64,000 bases of DNA from Clostridia bacterium (GCA_017467585.1 JAFUSR010000004.1:77918-141917), one strand, 5' to 3'. Positions 34,537 through 44,260 are shown, numbered from the stretch's first letter. Made by a program: numbers and translations. The notes: generated from the letters alone by a model not told the origin.

Positions 34537-37149
34537 CTAATCTTTAAATTTGATTTTTTCTGTTATTGCAAACATTGCGTTAATTAGGGTTGGTGAAAGC
34601 AATATTAAAATAACAACAAACAGACTGTGAGCAAGGTCGATTGCGGCAAGACCAAAGAACGCAGGCATTGCGATTATCAAAACAAGGCAGATGACATACA
34701 TAGCAATGCATAAAACTGTTTTAAATGTGTTAAATGGTTTGCATAATCTAATGAGCATTGTAAGACCAGTGAATGTTATGGTTAGGGTGAGCATTGTTGT
34801 GATAACAGGGGCAATAGCGTCAGACACAACTGTTCCATCTACCGCAAGGCAGAACACATAAACGGCAATTGTGTTAAAGATGAATGATAGTGCACCAGGC
34901 AGTGCGTTTTTAACAAGGTTTAAAAGGAATCTTCCTTTAACAGGCGTGTCGTTTGGAAGGAACGCCAAGAAGAACGATGGAATTCCAATTACAAACATTT
35001 CAAGCATTAACATGTTGATTGTTCTCAGAGGATAAGAGAATCCTAAAATCAACACCATCACAGAAAGGAAAATTGTGAACAGCGTTTTCATAAAGAATAG
35101 GGCGCTGGCTTTTTGCATGTTGTTAATAACTCGTCTTCCTTCGATAACCGTTGCAGGCATACTAGAGAAGTTACTGTCGAGCAAAACCATGTGAGAAACG
35201 CTTCTAACAGCTTCGTTACCACTGGCCATAGCAATAGAGCAGTCGGCCTCTTTAAGGGCCAAAATGTCGTTTACACCATCACCTGTCATAGCAACTGTGT
35301 TTCCGGTTGCTTTAAGTGCCTTAACCAAAATAGCTTTTTGTTCTGGAGTGACTCTTCCAAAAACAGTATATTTGTTTGCGGCAGCAATTACTTGCTTTTC
35401 GTTAAGGCCTTCAAGGCTGATTAAATTTTGTGTTCCAGTAACACCAACACGTTTTGCGATTTCAGCAACAGTGAGTGGGTTATCACCAGAAATAATTTTA
35501 ATGTTAACACCATTGTTTTTAAACCACTTGATGGTTTCAACGGCGTCGTCACGAATTCTGTCTTCCAAAATGAGAAGGGCAACAGGCTTGCGAGTTCCGG
35601 TTATGTTGTCTTTCGAAATTGTTCCATCGGTGTGGGCTAAAAGCATAACACGATATCCATCTTTAGAGTATTGTTCAATCATGCTTTCAAGCTTTTCGTC
35701 CTTGTTATTTGGAATAACAAATTCTGGGGCGCCCATAACATAAGTTCCGCCACTTTCAAATGTAACGGCACTAAGTTTTCTTGCTGATGAAAATGGTAAT
35801 GTTTCAACAGCCTTAAGCTCTTTATTATATCCAAAATAGTTGATAAGGGCTTGGCTGGTTTGGTTGTTGTCGCCGAGGGCAGAGAGCATGCTTCCCATAA
35901 TACGTTTTAGTGTAAACTCTGTATCATTGAGTTGCAAACAGTTATAAACTTTCATTGTTCCATCAGTGATTGTTCCGGTCTTGTCGAGGCAAAGGGTGTT
36001 GACTCTTGCGAGCATTTCAACGCAATAAAGGTCTTGAACAAGAGCCTTTTTTCTAGACAATTTAATAACAGAAAGACTGAGCGAAACACTACAGAGAAGG
36101 AACATTCCAGAAGGAATCATTCCCATAAGGCTTCCTGCCGTGTTTGTTATGGTTGCTGTAATGCTTCCGTCAGAACGAATAAAATTGTTCACATACATCA
36201 AAATTCCAACGGGAATAATGATGAAACCAATAACACGAATAATGTTATTGAGAGAACTAAATAGTTCAGATTTTGGTCTTTTATATTTTTTTGCTTTTGC
36301 AGCAAGTTGTTGAATATAGTTTGCTTTTCCAACCTTTTCTGCGCGCACATATGCGTGACCAGAAACAACAAAGCTGCCAGCGAGAACTGTGTCGCCAACC
36401 TTTTTCTTAATTGCTTGACTTTCGCCGGTAAGCATGCTCTCGTTAACTTCGATGTTTCCTTCAATAATCACACTGTCTGCGACAATTTGCTTTCCTGTTG
36501 AAAGCAAAATAATGTCGTCGATAACAACTTCATTTGTAGAAATTGTTATCTCAACGCCGTCCCTCACAACCTTAACGGCGGGAGCTGTTAGCAGACTCAG
36601 TTTTTCGATTGTGAGTTTTGCGCGGATTTCTTGAACGATACCAATTGTGATGTTTACAAGAATAATTACAATTCCAAGACAATCGCTAAATGCACCAACA
36701 CACATAAGTGAAATGGCAATTGCAAAACACAAGACGTTCAAAAAGGTAAATATGTTTTCAATAAAAATGCTGCGATATGTCTTTACGTTTTGGTTAGGGG
36801 TGAAATTTGTTTGGTTTTTGTTGATTCTTTCTTGAACCTGGTCAGAGGTTAAGCCAGTTTTGTAGTCGGCCTTAACACGTTTAACGCGCTTAGGAACAAC
36901 TTCTGGTTCTTGTTTTTTGCCAAAAGAAAACAGCTTTTTCTTTTCTGGCTGAGCATCTTTAGACGCAGCAGCTTTTATAGAAGAAGCGGGTTTGGTGTTT
37001 TTTGTTGCTTTTGTTTCGGCTGAAGAAGCAACTTTTTTTGCCTCTTTTGTCTTTTTAGATTTTGCTGTTTTTGTTTTTGCTGTGCTTTGAGTTGCAGCAT
37101 CGGCCAATTGCAAATTTTCAGTTGTTTCTTGAGTTTTCTTTTTAGGCAT
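34537..37149 (-). CDS. Cation-translocating P-type ATPase (HAD-IC), specificity unknown, with a Lys/Ala/Thr/Ser-rich N-terminal extension
   Basis: Motifs present are TGES (LTGESQAI), DKTGTIT and MTGDGVNDILALKEADCSIAM. I prefer the ATG at 37149 (MPKKKTQ...), which has AGGGGA 8 nt upstream, over the TTG at 37167. Confidence 0.9.
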   Translation of the reverse strand: MPKKKTQETTENLQLADAATQSTAKTKTAKSKKTKEAKKVASSAETKATKNTKPASSIKAAASKDAQPEKKKLFSFGKKQEPEVVPKRVKRVKADYKTGLTSDQVQERINKNQTNFTPNQNVKTYRSIFIENIFTFLNVLCFAIAISLMCVGAFSDCLGIVIILVNITIGIVQEIRAKLTIEKLSLLTAPAVKVVRDGVEITISTNEVVIDDIILLSTGKQIVADSVIIEGNIEVNESMLTGESQAIKKKVGDTVLAGSFVVSGHAYVRAEKVGKANYIQQLAAKAKKYKRPKSELFSSLNNIIRVIGFIIIPVGILMYVNNFIRSDGSITATITNTAGSLMGMIPSGMFLLCSVSLSLSVIKLSRKKALVQDLYCVEMLARVNTLCLDKTGTITDGTMKVYNCLQLNDTEFTLKRIMGSMLSALGDNNQTSQALINYFGYNKELKAVETLPFSSARKLSAVTFESGGTYVMGAPEFVIPNNKDEKLESMIEQYSKDGYRVMLLAHTDGTISKDNITGTRKPVALLILEDRIRDDAVETIKWFKNNGVNIKIISGDNPLTVAEIAKRVGVTGTQNLISLEGLNEKQVIAAANKYTVFGRVTPEQKAILVKALKATGNTVAMTGDGVNDILALKEADCSIAMASGNEAVRSVSHMVLLDSNFSSMPATVIEGRRVINNMQKASALFFMKTLFTIFLSVMVLILGFSYPLRTINMLMLEMFVIGIPSFFLAFLPNDTPVKGRFLLNLVKNALPGALSFIFNTIAVYVFCLAVDGTVVSDAIAPVITTMLTLTITFTGLTMLIRLCKPFNTFKTVLCIAMYVICLVLIIAMPAFFGLAAIDLAHSLFVVILILLSPTLINAMFAITEKIKFKD

Positions 37150-37277
37150 AATTTGTTCCCCTGACAAAAATTTCTACATAGATACTACACAAAAATCGTG
37201 CAAAAGTCAACAACAATAATTTAGTTTATAATTATTCAAACAATTCTATTATACTAAAAAATAGTTGGAAATAATAC

Positions 37278-37306
37278 TTGCAAAATCAACTTACTCATGT
37301 TATAAT
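37278..37306 (+). promoter_or_regulatory. Candidate sigma-A promoter of rpsF-ssb-rpsR
   Basis: TTGCAA, 17 nt, TATAAT. Confidence 0.55.
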
Positions 37307-37323
37307 TGCCGTAGCAATTCCTT

Positions 37324-37344
37324 GTTAGCGAGCTTTTCGCTAAC
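37324..37344 (+). promoter_or_regulatory. Hairpin in the rpsF 5-prime leader (possible S6:S18 autoregulatory element)
   Basis: GTTAGCGA-gcttt-TCGCTAAC is a perfect 8-bp stem about 30 nt upstream of the rpsF ATG. Its function is inferred only from position. Confidence 0.3.
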
Positions 37345-37375
37345 CGAATGAGTCCATAAGGGAGGTAAAAATCTA

Positions 37376-37657
37376 ATGAAATCTTACGAATTACTTTACA
37401 TCATCGACAATTCACTTTCTGAAGAACAAAAAGGTGCATTAGTAGAAAAGGTTAGTTCAATCATTACTGCCAATGGCGGAACAGAACTTAACGTTGACAA
37501 ATGGGGCGAACGCAAATATGCTTACCCAATCAACTACAAAACCGAAGGTTATTATTGCTTAGTTACTTTCAAAGCAGAAGTAAATGCAGTTAAACCAATT
37601 TCAGACCTATTAAACATCACAGAAAATGTTGTTAGACACATGATAGTTACAAAATAA
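37376..37657 (+). CDS. rpsF: 30S ribosomal protein S6
   Basis: 93 aa. The sequence MKSYELLYIIDNSLSEEQ...KWGERKYAYPINYKTEGYY is typical of S6, and the gene lies in rpsF-ssb-rpsR synteny. Confidence 0.95.
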   Translation: MKSYELLYIIDNSLSEEQKGALVEKVSSIITANGGTELNVDKWGERKYAYPINYKTEGYYCLVTFKAEVNAVKPISDLLNITENVVRHMIVTK

Positions 37658-37683
37658 CCTATCACTAATCAAGGAGAAAATTT

Positions 37684-38100
37684 ATGAACAAAGTTTTTCT
37701 AATCGGAAATCTTACCAAAGATCCAGAACTTAGCACAACAACAAACGGAGTATCTCTCTGCAAATTCACACTTGCTGTTCCAAGAAAATATACATCAAGC
37801 AACGGCGAACGCGAAGCAGATTTCTTGCCAGTTGTTGTTTGGAGAGGCCTTGCAGACAACTGCTATAAATTTTTAAAGAAAGGCAGCAAAATTAGTCTTA
37901 GTGGCGCAATTCAAACACGTGTTTATGACACACCAGATGGCAACCGCAGATATATGACCGAAATTGTTGCAGACGACGTTGAGTTTATTTCAACCAAGAG
38001 CACAACTGGAGACGACGAAGATGGCGAATCAGAAAAGAAGCCAGATTCAGAAGTAGTAAACAAATTTGAACCTATCGATGACGACAACCTACCATTTTAA
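37684..38100 (+). CDS. ssb: Single-stranded DNA-binding protein
   Basis: 138 aa. It has an OB-fold N-terminus (MNKVFLIGNLTKDPEL...) and an acidic C-terminal tip ...DDDNLPF. Confidence 0.95.
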   Translation: MNKVFLIGNLTKDPELSTTTNGVSLCKFTLAVPRKYTSSNGEREADFLPVVVWRGLADNCYKFLKKGSKISLSGAIQTRVYDTPDGNRRYMTEIVADDVEFISTKSTTGDDEDGESEKKPDSEVVNKFEPIDDDNLPF

Positions 38101-38118
38101 TAACAGAAGGAGAATATC

Positions 38119-38382
38119 ATGAATAAGAAAATCGTAAAAAACGATGTTGATGATAAAAACCCTAAAAAAGTTCGCAAAACTGTAAAGAAAACATGTGCTT
38201 TCTGCACAGAGAAAGGTGAAATCGACTATAAAGACACTGCAAAACTTCGCAGATATATGACCGAAAAAGGTAAAATTATTCCAAGAAGAACAACAGGTCT
38301 TTGCGCAAAACACCAAAGAGAACTTCAAAACGCAATCAAACGCGCAAGGGTTATGGCATTGTTACCATACAAAACATTGTAA
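38119..38382 (+). CDS. rpsR: 30S ribosomal protein S18
   Basis: 87 aa. ...[59 protein letters not shown]. Confidence 0.95.
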   Translation: MNKKIVKNDVDDKNPKKVRKTVKKTCAFCTEKGEIDYKDTAKLRRYMTEKGKIIPRRTTGLCAKHQRELQNAIKRARVMALLPYKTL

Positions 38383-38394
38383 TTCAATTAAAAC

Positions 38395-38426
38395 AAAATC
38401 TCACCGAGTTGGTGAGATTTTTTTGT
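38395..38426 (+). terminator. Rho-independent terminator after rpsR
   Basis: The sequence is AATCTCACC-gagtt-GGTGAGATT followed by ttttttg. Confidence 0.8.
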
Positions 38427-38626
38427 TACAAAAAACATTTATAGTGTTTTTAATGTGTTAATGTTAATATTTGCGAAAAACTGCTGAAATATAGATTATT
38501 TATGTTCAGAAATTGGGTAAAAACCGCAAAAAGTGAAATATTACCATTAAAAATTGGTGAATTTTGTGGCTACTTGGCACAAATGTGTTGGCTGATGGAG
38601 TTTTTCAACTGAAAAAGCGAAAAATC

Positions 38627-38655
38627 TTGACATAACTTATGCTTTTGCTTATACT
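38627..38655 (+). promoter_or_regulatory. Candidate sigma-A promoter of dnaB
   Basis: TTGACA, 17 nt, TATACT. An AGGAGG RBS lies 8 nt upstream of the ATG at 38680. Confidence 0.55.
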
Positions 38656-38679
38656 TAAATTATATTTAGGAGGCACTTT

Positions 38680-40245
38680 ATGGCAAACAAGAAAGACTCA
38701 ACAAAAACCGCTGCAAGCGCAAGAGTTATGCCAAACAATCTCGAGGCAGAGCAGGCTGTTCTTTGCAGCGCAATGATAGATCCTCTTGCAGCAGAGAGCA
38801 TTGTAGGTTCTCTTTCGGTTGCAGACTTTTACAGCGAGTCACACAAGAGAATATTTGACGTAATGAAACAACTCTACAAATCAAACAAGCCAATCGACTT
38901 TGTTTCAGTTGTAGATTTGCTCGAAAAAAAAGAACAACTAGAATCTGTTGGTGGAATAAACTATATCACAAGTCTTTCAAACGCAGTGCCTAGCAGTGCC
39001 TATCACGCACATTACACAGAAATTGTCAGACGTGATGGAACGCTTCGCCAACTTATTGAAACATGTTCAGAAGTTATCAACAAAGCATATGAGGCCGATA
39101 GCACCGACATTTTGGGAGTGGCAGAAAAGAAGTTGTATGAAATTGGAGAATATGGCACACCTAGCACACTTGTTAAAATGACCGACAGCCTAAACGAGGC
39201 CATGAGCACCTTTGAAGAAATCAACAAAACTGGTGGCGAATCAATTGGAATCAAAACAGGGTTTATTGCGCTAGACAAAAAACTTGGTGGTCTTCAAAAG
39301 TCAGATGTAATCATTTTGGCTGCACGCCCAGGTATTGGTAAAACAACACTTGCCATGAACATTGTAACAAACGCAGCAATTGAATATGGTGCAAAATGTG
39401 CCGTGTTCAACCTTGAAATGAGTGGGGCACAGCTTGCTCAAAGAATGCTTTGCTCTGTTGCTGGTGTCGACATGACAAAAGCAAGAAATGCAGAACTTGT
39501 AGATTCAGACTGGGTTAAACTGTGGAATGCACATCAAAAACTTGTTGATGCAAACATTTATTGCGATGATAACACTCTTAACACACCATCACAAATTTTG
39601 CAGAAATGCCGCAAATTAAAACGTGAACGCGGACTCGACCTTATTGTTATCGACTATCTCCAACTTATGGAAGCCGACGACAGAGAAGAGAACAAACAGG
39701 GTCAACAGTTTAAAATTGCTGCAATCAGCCGCAGACTTAAGGTTCTTGCCAAAGAATTAAATGTTCCTGTTTTGGTTCTTTCGCAGATGTCCCGTGACAT
39801 AACTAAACAGGTTGGCGACAAAAAGATTCCAAGAAAGCCACAACTCAGTGACCTTCGTGACTCAGGTGCCATCGAACAAGACGCCGACATCGTAATCTTT
39901 ATCGACAGAAAAAATGATGACCAAGAAGTTGATGAAAATGGTGAGGAAGTTAAGTTTGATATTCACAAGAGTTATGTTGCAAACTTAATTATTGCAAAAT
40001 TCCGTAATGGTGCACCAGGAAGAGTAAGCATTGGTTGGGATGGTAACAGAATTAGATTTGTTAACCTTTCTGAAGATGCAAACCAAAAGAGTTTGGAAAA
40101 AGCTTATGAAGAATCACACGGAATTCGTGAGGTAGATGGCGATGCTGACATATTTGCCGACATTCCAGTTAGCGAGCTCGAGGCTCCACCAGAAGAGTTT
40201 AACATGCCGGCAGAAATGCCACCAATGGACGACTTTGTTGTATAA
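38680..40245 (+). CDS. dnaB: Replicative DNA helicase (DnaB family) with a roughly 58-aa acidic C-terminal extension
   Basis: 521 aa. It has the N-terminal domain (PNNLEAEQAVLCSAM...), Walker A (ARPGIGKTTLAMN) and ...LSDLRDSGAIEQDADIV...AKFRNGAPG. The usual C-terminal end (...RFVNL) is followed by SEDANQKSLEKAYEESHGIREVDGDADIFADIPVSELEAPPEEFNMPAEMPPMDDFVV. Confidence 0.95.
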   Translation: MANKKDSTKTAASARVMPNNLEAEQAVLCSAMIDPLAAESIVGSLSVADFYSESHKRIFDVMKQLYKSNKPIDFVSVVDLLEKKEQLESVGGINYITSLSNAVPSSAYHAHYTEIVRRDGTLRQLIETCSEVINKAYEADSTDILGVAEKKLYEIGEYGTPSTLVKMTDSLNEAMSTFEEINKTGGESIGIKTGFIALDKKLGGLQKSDVIILAARPGIGKTTLAMNIVTNAAIEYGAKCAVFNLEMSGAQLAQRMLCSVAGVDMTKARNAELVDSDWVKLWNAHQKLVDANIYCDDNTLNTPSQILQKCRKLKRERGLDLIVIDYLQLMEADDREENKQGQQFKIAAISRRLKVLAKELNVPVLVLSQMSRDITKQVGDKKIPRKPQLSDLRDSGAIEQDADIVIFIDRKNDDQEVDENGEEVKFDIHKSYVANLIIAKFRNGAPGRVSIGWDGNRIRFVNLSEDANQKSLEKAYEESHGIREVDGDADIFADIPVSELEAPPEEFNMPAEMPPMDDFVV

Positions 40246-40258
40246 AAAGAGGCAAAAA

Positions 40259-42091
40259 ATGAAAATACAATCACAAAAACTTAGAGATACATGGCTTAAA
40301 TATTACGAAGAAAAAGGACACCTAAACATTGGCGCTGTTTCACTTATTGGTGACGGTTCAACTGGTGTTATGTTTAACGTTGCCGGAATGCAACCTTTAA
40401 TGCCATATTTGCTTGGTGCAAAACACCCAAGCGGAAAAACCAGACTTTGCAATGTTCAAGGTTGCGTTCGCACAATCGATATTGAATCAGTTGGCGACCA
40501 AACTCACCTAACATTTTTTGAAATGATGGGAAATTGGAGTCTTGGAGACTACTTTAAAAAAGAAAAAACTAAATGGACCTATGACCTTTTGACAAAGGTC
40601 TTTGGACTTGATGGAAATAAAATTTGTGCTACAGTCTTTGCTGGCGACAATAGTGCCCCAAGAGATGAAGAAACGGCAGGATTGTTAAAAGACCTTGGAA
40701 TTAAACCAGAGAACATCTATTATCTTCCAAAAGAAGACAACTGGTGGGAACTCGAGGGAACAGTGGGCACTCCATGTGGTCCAGACAACGAATGGTTTTA
40801 TCCCCTTCATGACAAGCCTTGTGGTCCGCACTGCGACATCAACTGCAAATGCGGAAGATATGTTGAGGTTGGAAACGACGTATACATGCAATACAAAAAA
40901 CTAGAAAATGGTTATGAGCCACTCTCTAACAAAAACGTAGACACGGGTTTTGGTTTTGAACGTGTTTTAATGTTCTTAAATGGTTTAACAGATGTCTACA
41001 AAACCGACCTTTTTGAAGAGGTTGTTGCCTATGCAGAAAACAAAGCAGGCAAGAAATATGGAACTGACGAAGAAACAACCAAAGCCATTCGAATTGTTGC
41101 TGACCACATGAGAACAACCGTAATGCTTATTGGCGACCCAAACGGAATTGTTCCAAGCAACACAGGAAGTGGTTATGTTCTTCGCAGACTTATGAGAAGG
41201 GCAATTAGATTTGCTCGTTCAATCAATCTTTCTGCAGAAGATCTTTGCGAAATTGCAAAAATTTATATCGAAAAAGTCTACAACCACGCATATCCTTTGC
41301 TTGTTGAAAAAGAAGACTACATTTTGGCTGAACTGACAAAAGAAATCAACAAGTTTGAGGCCATGCTTGTTCAGGGAACAAAAGAGTTCGAAAAAGTGGT
41401 AAGCGGAATTGCTCGCAAAAACGAATTTATGTCAAAGAGCAACCCAAATTATAAGCCAGAAACTCAAATTTCAGGAAAATCTGCATTTAGACTTTACGAA
41501 ACCTATGGCTTTCCTGTTGAAATGACAATAGAGATGGCGGCAGAAAAGGGTCTTTCTGTCGACATGGATGGCTACAAACAGGCCTTTGAAGAACACCAAG
41601 AGCTTGCGCGCACTGCAAGGGCTGGCGAAAACAAAGGTGGCCTTGCCGGACAGGGCGAACTTGAAACACAATATCACACAGCAACACACTTAACTCTCGC
41701 AGGGCTTAGAAAACTGTTTGGAACACAAACTGTTCAACATGGCAGCAACATAACAAGCGAAAGAATGCGTTTTGACTTTAACTTAGACCGCAAAATGACT
41801 GACGAAGAAATTAAGTGGCTCGAAGACTTTGTAAACGATGCAATTGCAAGAAAAATTGATGTTGTCAGAAAGGAAATGCCATATTCAAAAGCACTAGAAA
41901 GTGGTGCGTATGGAATTTATAATGGAAAGCCAGACGAGGTTGTAAGTGTTTATGTTATCGGTGATGTAGACAACCAAATTTGTGGTGGCCCACACGTTAA
42001 AAACACAAGTGAACTAGGACACTATAAAATAGTTAAAGAACAATCTAGCAGCAGCGGAATTCGCAGAATTAAGGCAGTTCTCACACACTAA
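40259..42091 (+). CDS. alaS: Alanine--tRNA ligase, short form (610 aa): catalytic and tRNA-recognition domains plus an editing core, with no C-Ala domain
   Basis: The start is taken at the ATG at 40259 (MKIQSQKLRDTWLKYYEEKGH...), with AAGAGG upstream. The ORF-track start at 40136 overlaps dnaB. Motifs present are ...FNVAGMQPL..., CVRT...FFEMMGNWSLGDYFK, ...SGYVLRRLMRRA..., and the editing HxxxH (HTATH) and CxxxH (CGGPH). The protein ends right after ...GIRRIKAVLTH. Confidence 0.9.
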   Translation: MKIQSQKLRDTWLKYYEEKGHLNIGAVSLIGDGSTGVMFNVAGMQPLMPYLLGAKHPSGKTRLCNVQGCVRTIDIESVGDQTHLTFFEMMGNWSLGDYFKKEKTKWTYDLLTKVFGLDGNKICATVFAGDNSAPRDEETAGLLKDLGIKPENIYYLPKEDNWWELEGTVGTPCGPDNEWFYPLHDKPCGPHCDINCKCGRYVEVGNDVYMQYKKLENGYEPLSNKNVDTGFGFERVLMFLNGLTDVYKTDLFEEVVAYAENKAGKKYGTDEETTKAIRIVADHMRTTVMLIGDPNGIVPSNTGSGYVLRRLMRRAIRFARSINLSAEDLCEIAKIYIEKVYNHAYPLLVEKEDYILAELTKEINKFEAMLVQGTKEFEKVVSGIARKNEFMSKSNPNYKPETQISGKSAFRLYETYGFPVEMTIEMAAEKGLSVDMDGYKQAFEEHQELARTARAGENKGGLAGQGELETQYHTATHLTLAGLRKLFGTQTVQHGSNITSERMRFDFNLDRKMTDEEIKWLEDFVNDAIARKIDVVRKEMPYSKALESGAYGIYNGKPDEVVSVYVIGDVDNQICGGPHVKNTSELGHYKIVKEQSSSSGIRRIKAVLTH

Positions 42092-42144
42092 TTTTACTTT
42101 CTCGCATGTGTGTGCGTAAATAAAAAGGATAAAGGAAGAAAATT

Positions 42145-44250
42145 ATGAGCATAGGAAAAAAGGTTTTAATTTGGATAATCATTGCAATTGCAACTGTTGC
42201 ATTTTTGTTTGTTGGATTGGTTGTTGCAATGATGCTCGCCCCAGGAATGGAAGTTTTTGGAGTGAGATATGTTTCTGCTCAAATAGGAAAGTTTAAAGAA
42301 AGTCGAAACATAGCATTGTCCGGAACAAATATAGTTCTTAACACTCACGATGTTCCAATAGAGATTGTCTTTGGCGGTTCAGGAGAAGTCTTGCAATATG
42401 TTCAAGAATTTCAGGGATTCACAAAATCTAGCGATAAGGCAAGCGTTAATGTGAAGACAGAAGGCGGAACAACCACAATAGATATCGGTGAATACAAGAA
42501 GTTCATCTGGTCAAACAGAATGACAAATTTTTCTTTAAAACTTAATTTGCCACTTTCACTTTCTTCTAACTCACTTACAATAAATTCAGACTCAAGCACA
42601 ATCAATTTGACCGCTGGTGCAACAACATCAATGCGAGATCTCTCAATTAAAACAACCGGCAAAGTTAATTTTAATGACGTTGATGGTGCATCAGACACAT
42701 TTACAATAACAAACAACTTAGCTATTTCCACAAGAAGCAATATCGCCCTTGGCTCAAACGTAAACATTGGCGGAAGCGTTACTGCAAATGTTGGAAATGA
42801 AGACTTGACAATTACAAACGCAATTTCAGGAGACATTAATTTTACAAGTGGTTCAGGAGATTTAAACTTTTACACTTGCAGAAATTTGACCGCAACAACA
42901 GGGTCGGGAGACATCAACCAACCACAATTAAAATTAATCAGTGGAAACTTAATTTTTAAAACAACTTCTGGAGACGTCACCATTGACACAGTTAATGGAG
43001 GCGCAACAATTGGAGCAAGCGGAAACGAAACAAGCTCAGGAGTGTTCACTCTTGGCAAAGTTGTTGGAGCAACTCAAATTTATACAAGACGTGGCGAAAG
43101 CAGACTTGGAATTGTTGGAAGTTTGCTTGTTAGAACCTCAACTGGTGATATAAGTGTTGACCAAGTTTTAGGCAAGCTAGATGTGATTTCAGTTGCAAAT
43201 GGAAAACTTGCTTGCGGAAAAGATAACAACACAACATGTGTTGGTGGTTCAGCAGTTGTTTACACAAAGAATGGCGAAGCAAAATTTATTGGTTCAATCT
43301 ACGGAAATCTTGAATTTTGTTCTTCAAATGCAACCCTATTATTTAAGTCTTGCAACAACTTAATTATTAACAAACCAACCGATACACAAGCAGCAAACGC
43401 CATTGGAGAACTGGGCAATGGAAGTGTTAACACCAGTTATTCTTCTGGGGCAACCGTTGCTGGAACAGTAAATGCATATCTTTCTAATGGTTCACTTACC
43501 CTCGCATCAGTTGGTGGATCAACAAACACAATCAACAGCAAATATGGAAATGTTTCAATTGCTACAATTAGTGGAAACTTAACGGTTTCAAAAGACAATA
43601 GTTATAACGCAAGATACACAATCGGAAGTGTTCAAAACCTAGTGTTCCGTTCAACTTATGGCGCAATAACTGTTGGCAGCGTAACATCTGCTGACATTCA
43701 AACAAACGCAAGAGTTTCTGTTGGCGATGCTGAGTCTGCAACAGTTGGAAACGTGACTGTTGCTGCAATATCTGGTGATGTTGTTCTTAAAAACACAACG
43801 GGCACAGTTAACGTTGTTTCTAACGGAAGCATAACAATTGAAAACAAATCTGGAACAGAGTTTAATATCAACAGAAAATATGTTGATGGCAAATATAAAA
43901 ACCTTGCTTCTGGCGCAGTAACAGCAACAGGATTACAAGGAAATGTAATTGTTTATTCAGAAAAAAAGGTAGATCTTGGCTTTGCTCAAATTTCAGGAAA
44001 TGTTGATGTTTTAACAACTGGCGTTAACCCTGTTAAAATTGACGCAAAAAACACCCCATATAACTCAATCAACTATCATTTGCAATGTCAATACGGACCT
44101 AATGTCTGCACTGTTAATTGGGGAAACACTCCAGCCGACAACAGTGGTAGAAAGACAGTTGGAACAGATCCAGACAATGACTCTTTTTACACAATAAAAG
44201 TTCTTACAACAAATGCAGCAATAACACTCAATTTGAAAGAGGCTGCCTAA
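42145..44250 (+). CDS. Membrane-anchored protein with DUF4097-like ('putative adhesin', SGD-motif beta-helix) repeats
   Basis: 701 aa. An N-terminal TM helix (VLIWIIIAIATVAFLFVGLVVAMML) is followed by recurring ...SGDI/SGDV... strand motifs (SGDINFTSGSGDLNF...TTGSGDINQP...TTSGDVTIDT...STGDISVDQ...ISGDVVLKN). The family is assigned by pattern only. Confidence 0.55.
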   Translation: MSIGKKVLIWIIIAIATVAFLFVGLVVAMMLAPGMEVFGVRYVSAQIGKFKESRNIALSGTNIVLNTHDVPIEIVFGGSGEVLQYVQEFQGFTKSSDKASVNVKTEGGTTTIDIGEYKKFIWSNRMTNFSLKLNLPLSLSSNSLTINSDSSTINLTAGATTSMRDLSIKTTGKVNFNDVDGASDTFTITNNLAISTRSNIALGSNVNIGGSVTANVGNEDLTITNAISGDINFTSGSGDLNFYTCRNLTATTGSGDINQPQLKLISGNLIFKTTSGDVTIDTVNGGATIGASGNETSSGVFTLGKVVGATQIYTRRGESRLGIVGSLLVRTSTGDISVDQVLGKLDVISVANGKLACGKDNNTTCVGGSAVVYTKNGEAKFIGSIYGNLEFCSSNATLLFKSCNNLIINKPTDTQAANAIGELGNGSVNTSYSSGATVAGTVNAYLSNGSLTLASVGGSTNTINSKYGNVSIATISGNLTVSKDNSYNARYTIGSVQNLVFRSTYGAITVGSVTSADIQTNARVSVGDAESATVGNVTVAAISGDVVLKNTTGTVNVVSNGSITIENKSGTEFNINRKYVDGKYKNLASGAVTATGLQGNVIVYSEKKVDLGFAQISGNVDVLTTGVNPVKIDAKNTPYNSINYHLQCQYGPNVCTVNWGNTPADNSGRKTVGTDPDNDSFYTIKVLTTNAAITLNLKEAA

Positions 44251-44260
44251 CTTAAAAATT

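Noticed and set aside
35264-35743. A 159-aa + strand ORF, and other + strand ORFs between 35113 and 36835, opposite the P-type ATPase.
   Set aside because: They are antisense shadows of a well-supported conserved gene.
37150-37167. A TTG start at 37167 for the P-type ATPase, and similar upstream alternative starts at 33053 (gerB-type), 50526 (repeat lipoprotein) and 53751 (membrane protein).
   Set aside because: In each case a downstream ATG or GTG has a properly spaced GGAGG/GGAGA-type RBS. For the lipoprotein and the membrane protein, that start also yields a canonical signal or TM N-terminus.
38502-38612. A 36-codon ORF (MFRNWVKTAKSEILPLKIGEFCGYLAQMCWLMEFFN) in the rpsR-dnaB intergenic region.
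   Set aside because: It has no Shine-Dalgarno sequence and no promoter of its own that I can see. It could be a chance ORF in AT-rich spacer, so it is not reported as a gene.
40136-40258. The N-terminal 41 codons of the ORF-track alaS ORF (MAMLTYLPTFQLASSRLHQ...).
   Set aside because: They overlap the 3-prime end of dnaB in another frame and match nothing in AlaRS. The ATG at 40259 has a good RBS and begins the conserved AlaRS N-terminus.
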